Origin: Mesoplasma florum L1
Lineage (GTDB): Bacteria; Bacillota_I; Bacilli_A; Mycoplasmatales; Mycoplasmataceae
Assembly (NCBI RefSeq): GCF_000008305.1
Contig: NC_006055.1
Location: 510,001 to 542,000, forward strand
DNA: 32,000 bases
Direction: 5' to 3'
The notes below the pieces were generated by a model. It ran no database searches, was not told the origin of the DNA, and worked only from the letters and a program-made list of their open reading frames with translations. Of the stretch, positions 1-8,512 are shown piece by piece. How positions within the stretch are numbered: position 1 is the stretch's first letter; each line of letters starts with the position of its first letter. The translations under genes and the position numbers were made by a program.

Positions 1-591
1 AAGATCAAGTGCTGAAAGAGGTGTTAACATTGGACTAATAAGAATTGCGCCAATTGCTAAACCTATAATTGGTGTCCCTCCCATTACTCTAAATGTACTT
101 CAACAAACTGCCATAACAATAAATCAACTTAATCCTTTTGAAATTAATTCCATAAAACTATTAATTTCAATTAATGTTGGAATTTCTGTTGAATTAGAAG
201 ATAAGAAGAAAGGCGTTCTTACCATTTCTCACATTCCGTATACAACAAGCAAAATCATTATTGGGCTAAAAATTGATGAAACAAACATAATAAAAGTCAT
301 TTTTTGTTTTTTAGTTTTTAACTCATCATTTGCGTTTTCATTTATTCCAGTTGTTTTTAAAAACATTTTATAAAAACTTTCAATTTCTGTTCCTATAACA
401 ACTTGATATTCACCACCAACAATTAAAACACCTTTACATCATTTTTGCTTTTTGATTTCCTCAGTGTTAGCTTTTGTAATATCTACAAGTTTAAATCTCA
501 TTCTAGAAATACAGTGACTTATTTTTTCAATATTTTCAGATCCACCAACATTTTCTAAAAGAAATACAATATTTTCTTTTGTAAATTTCAT
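1..591 (-). CDS. PTS transporter subunit EIIBC (partial, runs off the left edge)
   Basis: Minus-strand table-4 translation starts MKFTKENIVFLLENVGGSENIEKISHCISRMRFKLVD..., which looks like an EIIB Cys motif (HCISRMRF), followed by a hydrophobic EIIC-like segment. Start ATG at 589-591 with GGAGAA upstream. Confidence 0.8.
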
Positions 592-650
592 AAAATTCTC
601 CTTTGTATATATTTCAACTCATTTTTTATAAAAATGCTAAAGTAAAATAA

Positions 651-691
651 AATACTAAACTAGTTTGTTTTCTAAAAACTAGTTTAGTATT
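651..691 (-). terminator. Inverted repeat/terminator at the 3' end of the RpiR-like gene
   Basis: Perfect 16-bp arms AATACTAAACTAGTTT (651-666) and AAACTAGTTTAGTATT (676-691), overlapping the stop codon of the 684..1436 CDS. Confidence 0.55.
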
Positions 692-1436
692 CTGTTGTCA
701 TTAATAATTCCTCTAATAATTTAAATAAGTTTATTAATCAAAAATTTCTGTCAACATAATTTCTTTGACAAAGCTTATTATCAAAATACATAGCTTTAGT
801 ATTATCATCATCAAATTTTCAGTTCGTTGAACAAATTATATAAACTTTAGAACCAATACTTGTTAAGTATTCATAAATTAATTTTAAACTTCCATTATCT
901 CTTCCGGTTAAAATCAATAAAACAAGTTTCTTTTCTCATTCTATTTTTTTCAATTTATTTAAATCTTTTTCTAAATTAAAAATATTGGCTTGATAATCAT
1001 GTTTTTCTAAAACATCAATCAAAAAAGTTGATGCATATTGTGTTTGAAAACTTGGAAATAAAAATACTTCTTCTTTTTTCTTTATATCATTAGCAAACTC
1101 TATTAAAAAATCATAATTTTCTGAAATTCATTTTTCAAATGAAACATAATATTCTCTAACAGTTAAGTGTTTCGAGTAATTTGCATTTTTTTCTGTGAAA
1201 TTATTTTCATATTCAATTTTCAATCTAACTTGCAACTCACGAAATCCTGTGCATTCAGCTATTTTAGCAAATTGTGTAATTGTTGATTTACTTACAAAAC
1301 ATTTTTTAGCTAACTCATCTTGTGTTCTAAATAAACCTTTTGAAAAATCTTTAAGTATTTGTTGAGCAATTTGTTTAAAAGTTGTCTCTCTATTATCTCT
1401 ACTTAAATTGTCAACTTTTTTGTATATTGAATTCAT
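684..1436 (-). CDS. MurR/RpiR-family transcriptional regulator, 250 aa
   Basis: N-terminal HTH-like sequence (TFKQIAQQILKDF...TQDELAKKCFVSKSTITQFAKIAECTGFRELQVRL) is typical of RpiR regulators. It is adjacent to the PTS gene. The track ORF (1128..1436) stops at a UGA; reading UGA=Trp extends it to TAA at 684. Confidence 0.8.
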
Positions 1437-1457
1437 TTATCAATTTTCCCTTACTAA

Positions 1458-1925
1458 TTATTCTTCAATTAAATCTTTTACTTTCACTTTATTAATATAA
1501 TTACTTACATAAAATTTGAATTCTTCTTCATCCATAGAATCTTTCATTTTCATATTTGCATTACATATATTTCTACCTGAATATAGAATATTTAAAATAG
1601 CTATTATAGTTAAGAAGACTCAAACTCCATACATTCCTCAACCAATATATAAATCTAAATTATGAATAGGAAATACATCACCAACAATAATAGGAGTTAA
1701 GTTTAATTGAATCATCATGAAAAAGATTCCAAACATTAATGAAATAAATAAAGCTCAGTTTAATTTTATATAGCGATCTTTTCTTTCATTCTTTACATAT
1801 TCTAAATAAATAGTTTGTTTTTCAGTTAAATTTTTCATTTTTCAATGGCGATTAAGACTTGAAAATATTAATAAAATTACTCAAATAATAAAAACGGCTA
1901 TAATTGTTCATAAAAATGAAAACAT
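1458..1925 (-). CDS. Hypothetical membrane protein, ~155 aa
   Basis: Table-4 translation MFSFLWTIIAVFIIWVILLIFSSLNRHWKMKNLTEKQ... to TAA at 1458. The true start may lie further upstream, because an RBS-like AGAGGTG occurs near 1975. Confidence 0.55.
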
Positions 1926-2059
1926 ATTTGCCCCTCATGTTGATAAACCTGATGCTAATAAGATATAAATCACCTCTTAAGTATGATTATACAATTTAAA
2001 ATGAAAAATAAATTTATTTTTAAATTGTAGGTATAATAACATTTAAGGAGGTCTAATAT

Positions 2060-2758
2060 ATGAAAAAAAGATGAAGTTTTTCATGACTTAATCTATTCGG
2101 TTTATGTGTTTTTTGATTATTTTTCATTTACGATTTAATTTATTTAACTTTTATTGCTAAAACTTTATTTTTAAGTTTTAATTTTGTGTTTTTATTAATT
2201 TTTATTTTACTATTAACATGACTTATTTCTTATATATTACTTATAAAAAGAATTAAAAATAATATAAAAACATATGTTGTGGTTATATTAATTTGTTCAA
2301 TATTATTATTTATATTTAAAGTACATTACTTATATGAAGCAATTGAATTATTTAATAAATATGATTATCAACTTTCATTGCTAGGTTATTTAAATATATT
2401 TATAGGTTTTATTTTCTTTTTTACTAATTCAATTTTAGCAATTGTACTTATTGTAAAAGAAAAAGGAATAACAGATTATGAAAAAATTAATCAAATAAAT
2501 AACAAAAACAAATTGGAAGTTTCTGTTAACAATGATATTTTAATTGCATATTATTTTTTAATTGCTTCAACAATAATTTATGCTATTTTAATTATTCCTT
2601 TAATTTGATTAATACCAATGACTTTAAAAACAAAAAGATTAGCTTATAATTTTGAAAAGCGAACTGGTTTTGGAATTTGAGTATTACTATTTGGTGGAGT
2701 TTTTGGTTTAATATCAGGGATATTATTGATAACAAACAGAATTGAAAATTATAAATAG
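2060..2758 (+). CDS. Hypothetical multi-TM membrane protein, 232 aa
   Basis: AAGGAGG upstream of ATG at 2060. Table-4 reading MKKRWSFSWLNLFGLCVFWLFF... continues through the track ORF (2279..2608) to TAG at 2756. Confidence 0.75.
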
Positions 2759-2775
2759 AAAAGGGGATTTAGAAT

Positions 2776-3462
2776 ATGAATAGAAAAAAAATAATATTTT
2801 TATTACAAATAATTACTGCTTCGCTTGTTTCATTATTTACAATTTTATTTTTGATAGATGGTATTAGACTTGGAGTTACATCTTTTTTTGATCATGAAAC
2901 TGGTAAAGAAATTATTGTAAGAGAATGGACTTGAATCATACCTTGAATTATGAGTTTATTAACAAGCACAGGTTTTTGAATAATTACATATTTTTATAAA
3001 AAAAATATGACTAATACAAATAAAAATAAAAAAATAACTGTTTGATGACTTATTTACCTAATTTGTGGTTTGATCTTATTTTCAATTTTTCAATTATTGG
3101 GTATATTCTTATTTCATTATTTCACTATATCATTCTTTTTATCTTGAATTATTTTGGGAATAGTTTTAATAATTAATATTATTTTCTTATCAATAGAAAT
3201 TGATAGTAACAGAATAAGAAATGATTTTGAAATAATAAATACTGATATGGTTATTGCATATAGATTAATGTTAGTTTCAACAATTATTAGTGGCTTCGTT
3301 TTAATTCCATTGCTATGAATGATTCCAATGACTATTAAAACTAAAAAATTAACTTATACAGATGAAAATAAAACTGGATTTGGAGTGTTAGTTTTCTTAT
3401 TTGGTGGTTTATTTGGAACAATATGTTCAATAATAATAATTGCAAGTAGTTCAAAAAAATAA
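2776..3462 (+). CDS. Hypothetical multi-TM membrane protein, 228 aa, paralog of the preceding gene
   Basis: Start ATG at 2776, stop TAA at 3460. C-terminus IPMTIKTKKLTYTDENKTGFGVLVFLFGGLFG matches IPMTLKTKRLAYNFEKRTGFGIWVLLFGGVFG of the upstream gene. Confidence 0.75.
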
Positions 3463-3487
3463 ATAATAAAATTATATTTAGTTATTT

Positions 3488-3511
3488 ACGTCAGTTTTTC
3501 TGACGTTTTTA
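3488..3511 (+). terminator. Rho-independent terminator
   Basis: ACGTCAG-TTTTT-CTGACGT followed by a T run, just downstream of the two + strand membrane genes. Confidence 0.8.
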
Positions 3512-3600
3512 TTTTAATTATTTTAGGTTTATTGAACTTTAATAATTAAATTCACACAACAGTATTTATTTTTTACTGTATATTAGGAAAAATATAACTT

Positions 3601-3647
3601 AAAAAAACAAAGTTTAACCTTTAAAATTGGTTAAATCTTTGTTTTTT
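3601..3647. terminator. Bidirectional terminator-like hairpin
   Basis: AAAAAACAAAG-TTTAACC and GGTTAAATCTTTGTTTTTT arms (one bulge), between the + strand pair and the - strand genes. Confidence 0.6.
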
Positions 3648-3670
3648 ACTTATTAATATTTTTTATTTTG

Positions 3671-3859
3671 TTAAACTACAACTACTATAGCAATAACTGC
3701 TATTGTAACTAAAATAGAAAAAACTATTCCAACTAAAATAGAATACTTTAACATTTTTTGAATTTTATTATAACAATCCAAGTGATAAATACCTACACTA
3801 TTTTGAATATACTTATGTGTTGGCAAAATATCATTTTTACATTTTAAACAAACTAACAT
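3671..3859 (-). CDS. Small membrane protein with a Cys/His-rich N-terminus, 62 aa
   Basis: MLVCLKCKNDILPTHKYIQNSVGIYHLDCYNKIQKMLKYSILVGIVFSILVTIAVIAIVVVV. Has CxxC and HxxC pairs followed by one C-terminal TM segment. Confidence 0.5.
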   Translation of the reverse strand: MLVCLKCKNDILPTHKYIQNSVGIYHLDCYNKIQKMLKYSILVGIVFSILVTIAVIAIVVVV

Positions 3860-3869
3860 TTTTTTCCTT

Positions 3870-5222
3870 CTACTTTGCTAACTTTGTTATTGCTTTAGCA
3901 TATATTTTAATCATTTTTTGCAACTCTTCAATAGTAGCAAATTCATTATAGTCATGCATAGGTGAATCTTCTAAACTCATAACAGCTCCAAACGCAATTA
4001 AGTTAGGCATAGTTTTAGCATAAGTTCCTCCACCCATTGCTTGAGGTTGACTGATCATATCTCCAGTAATTTCTTGATAAACTTGCATAATGTTTTTAAC
4101 AACTTCACCATCTTTTGGGAAGTACACTGCATCTTCAATTCTTTGTTTAGTATGATCTAAACCATATTTATTAAATGCTTCTTCAATGATTGGAAAGAAT
4201 TTAGCTTTAGGTTCTGATAAAACAGGTATTCTAAAGTTAAATGTAAACATTCCTTTTCCGTCTTTAATATCAATGATTCCAATGTTTTGAGTTAAATCTC
4301 CAGTTTCATCAGCAATGTTATCAAAGATATTAGACATGTTGAAATTTAAATGAGCTTCTTTTGCAATAAATTGAATTAAAGGGTGTTTAATACCTAATTC
4401 ATTCATAGCAAATGCTAAGTGAGATGCAGCATTAACTCCAACATGAGGAGTAGAAGCATGACCAGGTTTTCCTTTAACAATTAATTCATCATTATTAATT
4501 GAAGTATGAATATCTTTCATTGTATCTAATTTAGCTTTAATCTCATCAATTCTAGGTCCTTTATATGAAACCTTATCACAAATCATGTTGTAAGCTTCTC
4601 CACCTTTAATTTCAAAATCACAAGGTACATTAGCAATAACATCCATATTATTAATTCACTTTTCTGCATATACACAAGGGAATAAACCATCAGGCACATA
4701 ACCAGCAGAAGCAATACCATGATCTGCTACATATTTTTCCATACATTCTCATGTTGTTTCTTCACTTAATCCAAAAATCATTCTAATTTTATAAGTATCT
4801 GATTTTCAATTATGATCTTTTAAGTATTTAAGTGCATATAGATTCATCATTGTTGGGCCTTTGTCATCAATAGAACCACGTCCAATTAATTTACCATCTT
4901 TTTCAATTGGTTCAAAAGGATTAGTAACTCATTCTGACATATCTCCAGCAGGAACTACATCTAAATGACATAAGATTACATATAATTCTTTTCCCTCACC
5001 ATATTCTAAAAACCCATATTTATTAGTTTCATCACGATATGTTTCAAAACCTAATTCATTACCTAAATTTAAAATATAGTCTAATGCATCATTAACTCCT
5101 TTTCCAAAAGGCATATTTCCAATTGGATCTGCTAATACTGATGGTATTCTAATTAATTCTTTAGTTTTTTCTAAAGCTTCTGTGAAATATTTATCTAATA
5201 ATAATTTGTTGTTAATTTCCAT
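3870..5222 (-). CDS. pepV: M20-family dipeptidase, PepV-like, 450 aa
   Basis: The two track ORFs (3870..4646, 4929..5222) share a frame and are joined by UGA=Trp codons. Sequence includes EFLGYGEGKELYVILCHLDVVPAGDMSE, an active-site-like HLDVVPAG motif. Confidence 0.85.
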
Positions 5223-5232
5223 AATATTCTCC

Positions 5233-6135
5233 TTAATTAACTTTGTTAATTGATTTTAAAAATTGATAAGCTCGATTTATCTCAACCATTTTATCTTTTG
5301 CTTCTGCTGTTTTATTTTTGTCTGGGTGATAAGTCATTGCTAATTTACGATATTGTTTTTTAATTTCATCACTTGTTGATTTTTCATTTACACCAAGTGT
5401 TTGATAAGCTCAGTTAATATCACTGAACTGATCTGACATTTTTGATTGTTTTTGTTGGTGATATGTATATTGTTGATATTGATTATTGAATGTTTCTGAT
5501 TGTTGATAAACTCCAGATTGTTTATATAATTCATTAATTAAATCATCAATAGCTTTTGCAAATCATGAATGCATTAAATTGACTTCTTTATCAATATCTA
5601 ATAATGCATCTCCTTTTAAGAAATCTATTTTAGCTTTTAATATTCTTGGTACAAAACCTTGAGTAACTACTTTCATATATATATTTAAAGATTCATTATA
5701 AAATTTCATTAAAAAGTTTCGATTTTGATAATTATCTTCTAAACCAGTTTGATCAAATGCTTTTAATAGTTTTTTTTGTTCAACTAATCAAAAATTCAAT
5801 ATTTTTGATTGTGCTTCATTTAATTCTTTAATTACATCATTTGTTGTTGTAAAAGAAAAATTATTTTTTAATAAATATTCTTTTGTATTATTAAACTCTG
5901 AGTTAAAAGGAAACTCTTCAAAACTTTCATAATAGTCATATTTTGATACTAAAACAGTTCTTTTAGTATTTCTCATTCATACCTTACGATTAGTGCTTAA
6001 TAACTCTTCATTTTTCCTTATTTGAGCGTCTGGTGAATCAATCCGATTCTTTTTAAACGTAAATAAAAATGTTATTGTTCCAATAACAAATAAAGTTATG
6101 ATTATACAAAGTATAATAATTAACATTTTTACCAT
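5233..6135 (-). CDS. Membrane-anchored protein with C-terminal J domain, ~300 aa
   Basis: N-terminus [30 protein letters not shown] is a TM segment. C-terminus [59 protein letters not shown] contains the HPDK motif. Confidence 0.8.
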
Positions 6136-6222
6136 TTTATACCTCTTTAGTGTTTATATTATTTTAACAAAATAAACAAAAAAAATTAGTCGAGTAATCG
6201 ACTAATTGATTTTTATGAATAA

Positions 6223-6510
6223 TTATTCAGCAGGAGCTACAACTTTAACTCTTGTACGACCTTTTCCAAATTTTTCATATTTAACGATTCCTGATACTAA
6301 TGCAAATAAAGTATCATCTCCACCACGTCCAACATTTTGACCTGGGTGAATTTTTGTACCTCTTTGTCTAAAGATGATTGAACCTGCGTTTGCGAATTGT
6401 CCATCAGCTTTTTTAGCTCCTAAACGTTTTGATTCTGAGTCACGACCGTTTTTAGTTGACCCTACTCCTTTTTTAGAAGCGAAGAATTGTAAATTTAATA
6501 TAAAACGCAT
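6223..6510 (-). CDS. rpmA: 50S ribosomal protein L27
   Basis: [71 protein letters not shown]... Confidence 0.98.
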   Translation of the reverse strand: MRFILNLQFFASKKGVGSTKNGRDSESKRLGAKKADGQFANAGSIIFRQRGTKIHPGQNVGRGGDDTLFALVSGIVKYEKFGKGRTRVKVVAPAE

Positions 6511-6511
6511 A

Positions 6512-6826
6512 TTAGTATACCTCCATAATTTCTATAAACTGTTTGTATTGTGTTTGTATTGTTGATAATTGTATTTTCAACATTTTCAACATTGTTTGTA
6601 AAGATTGATTTTCTATATTGTTATTTGTAATAACAATTTTATTTTCTAAAACTTTTAAATCAACTTCTTTTGAAAAGTGAATATCTAAAGCATTTAATGC
6701 TCCAAATGTAATTCCTGAAACAGCTGCACATACAAGATCTTGTCCGTAAGGTCCAGATTCAGCATGCCCTGATATTTCAAATTGTTTTAACAATTCACCT
6801 TCATTTTTAATTTTGACTTTAATCAT
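6512..6826 (-). CDS. prp: Ribosomal-processing cysteine protease Prp (YsxB-like)
   Basis: Located between rplU and rpmA. Sequence [32 protein letters not shown] is the conserved H/C protease core. Confidence 0.92.
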   Translation of the reverse strand: MIKVKIKNEGELLKQFEISGHAESGPYGQDLVCAAVSGITFGALNALDIHFSKEVDLKVLENKIVITNNNIENQSLQTMLKMLKIQLSTIQTQYKQFIEIMEVY

Positions 6827-6828
6827 AA

Positions 6829-7128
6829 TTAAGCTTCAATTTTTTCAATTTTTACTTTTGTATATGGTTGTCTGTGACCATAAACTTTATTAACGTTTTT
6901 CTTAGGGTGGTATCTAACTACACGAATTTTTTTACCTTTACCTTGTTTAACGATTGTACCAGTAACTTTAGCACCTTGTACTAATGGGCTACCAAATTTT
7001 CCATCAACCATTAAAACCTCTTCGAAAGTAACTTCAGTGTTTAATTCACCTTCTAATTTTTCGATAAAGATTTCCATTCCAGCTTCAACTTTAATTTGTT
7101 TTCCACCTGTTTTTATAATTGCGAACAT
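6829..7128 (-). CDS. rplU: 50S ribosomal protein L21
   Basis: [28 protein letters not shown]...[27 protein letters not shown]. Confidence 0.97.
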   Translation of the reverse strand: MFAIIKTGGKQIKVEAGMEIFIEKLEGELNTEVTFEEVLMVDGKFGSPLVQGAKVTGTIVKQGKGKKIRVVRYHPKKNVNKVYGHRQPYTKVKIEKIEA

Positions 7129-7131
7129 ATT

Positions 7132-7220
7132 TATCCTCCAGTCTAGACTCGCCTTTATACGTGAGATATAAATCTACTTATGTACGTATTAATTAAGAGC
7201 GGTTGAAACTTGATTTCAAC
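7132..7220 (-). promoter_or_regulatory. Candidate ribosomal protein L21 leader (structured 5'UTR of rplU)
   Basis: Relatively GC-rich, structure-prone segment immediately upstream of rplU, at the usual L21-leader position. Fold not verified. Confidence 0.4.
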
Positions 7221-7291
7221 ATTTAAATGATACTACAAACCAATATATAATTCAACTAAAGAGATTAACTACTTAATATATTTACTTGTTT

Positions 7292-7684
7292 TTAACCAAA
7301 ATACTTATTAAAAACCATATCTTTACCTATATTAGCATCTAAAGTTGTATTAATAGGTTGTGACATTTCTAAATTATTATTTTGATTGATTAAACTATTA
7401 TCAAATGATCTCATAGTTTCTAGTTTAACTATATTATCTGAAATATTACTATTAGCATTTAGCTTAACAGAAGTTGTATCATCAAATTCAAAACTAGAAT
7501 TACCTATTTTAAATTTTGCTTTATCATGCCCTTTAGCAGCTTCTATATAAGCAAATGGTAACATTGCTACATCAATAATAAAATCACCCGTTTTACCAAT
7601 AATAGAACCTATTCCATTTAACAACGCTCCTGAAGCAGCTCCACCTTTTATATCTTTTAATTCATCAACTTTTAGTTTTTGCAT
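7292..7684 (-). CDS. Double-glycine-leader secreted peptide / bacteriocin-like protein, 130 aa
   Basis: MQKLKVDELKDIKGG|AASGALLNGIGSIIGKTGDFIIDVAMLPFAY...: LKxIxGG-type leader followed by a Gly/Ala-rich hydrophobic stretch. Confidence 0.5.
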   Translation of the reverse strand: MQKLKVDELKDIKGGAASGALLNGIGSIIGKTGDFIIDVAMLPFAYIEAAKGHDKAKFKIGNSSFEFDDTTSVKLNANSNISDNIVKLETMRSFDNSLINQNNNLEMSQPINTTLDANIGKDMVFNKYFG

Positions 7685-7750
7685 AATTACCTCTTTTCTA
7701 ACTTCATATTGTTATTACAAAATAAAATTAAAAAATTAAGAATAAAATAA

Positions 7751-8388
7751 TTATTTATTAAAAATATAATTAATTAACATTTCTTCATCTTCTTTTTTAG
7801 TATTAATATCTTTTCTAAATAAAATTTCATCTTGTTTTCAATAACCATTATAAGGTTCTAACATATATGAAAAGATTTGGTCAATTAATTCAAACATTAT
7901 GTTTTCATCAGTAGTATTTTCATATTCTTGTACTAGTTTAAATAACTTATTATCTTTTTCTTGTATTATCTTAAATGTAAGATTAAATTTACCTGATTGT
8001 ATTTATCTATTAGCAATTGATTATTAATAACTTTATTATTATGTTTAATAAAATAATCTAATGCTTTATTAACTTCATTATTAGTATCATGAATAATAAC
8101 TCCATTTAAATGCATTAAGTCAAAAACATTATTAGTTTGTAAATAAAACTGATCAATTGTTTTAATCATACAATCAACAGGAATATCATTAACGTAAAAA
8201 TGCATACCTGTAATATTTGGTGTAATAGTTTTATTTAAAACAATTGTTAAATCATAATCACCTTGTTGGTTTTGATCTTGATTTAAATAGTCACGACTTC
8301 CACATTGAATAATTCCAATAATGTTTTTGTTTTGTTTTAAGTTATCAATTAAGTCTTTAAGACTTTTAAAATGTAATTTTTTAATCAT
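7751..8388 (-). pseudogene. Nucleotidyltransferase-like gene, frameshifted near 7970-7990
   Basis: Start codon at 8388. IIQCGSRDYLNQDQNQQGDYDLTIVL resembles the GS...D-D nucleotidyltransferase signature. The first frame ends at TAA 7966-7968. A second frame continues with coding-like sequence (IIQEKDNKLFKLVQEYENTTDENIMFELIDQIFSYMLEPYNGYWKQDEILFRKDINTKKEDEEMLINYIFNK) to TAA at 7751. Confidence 0.6.
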
Positions 8389-8460
8389 ATATACTCTCTT
8401 TTTAATTTAATAAATTATTATATTTTAACATAAATTTTTTAGTGTTTAGTCTGAATAAAT

Positions 8461-8485
8461 AAAAAAGAACTACTTGAGTTCTTTT
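8461..8485 (-). terminator. Terminator downstream of the large repeat protein
   Basis: Minus strand AAAAGAAC-TCAAGTA-GTTCTTTTTT. Confidence 0.7.
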
Positions 8486-8512
8486 ACTTATTATTAATAA
8501 ATAGTTAACTAA

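Noticed and set aside
6374-6565. + strand ORF of 63 aa
   Set aside because: Antisense to rpmA/prp.
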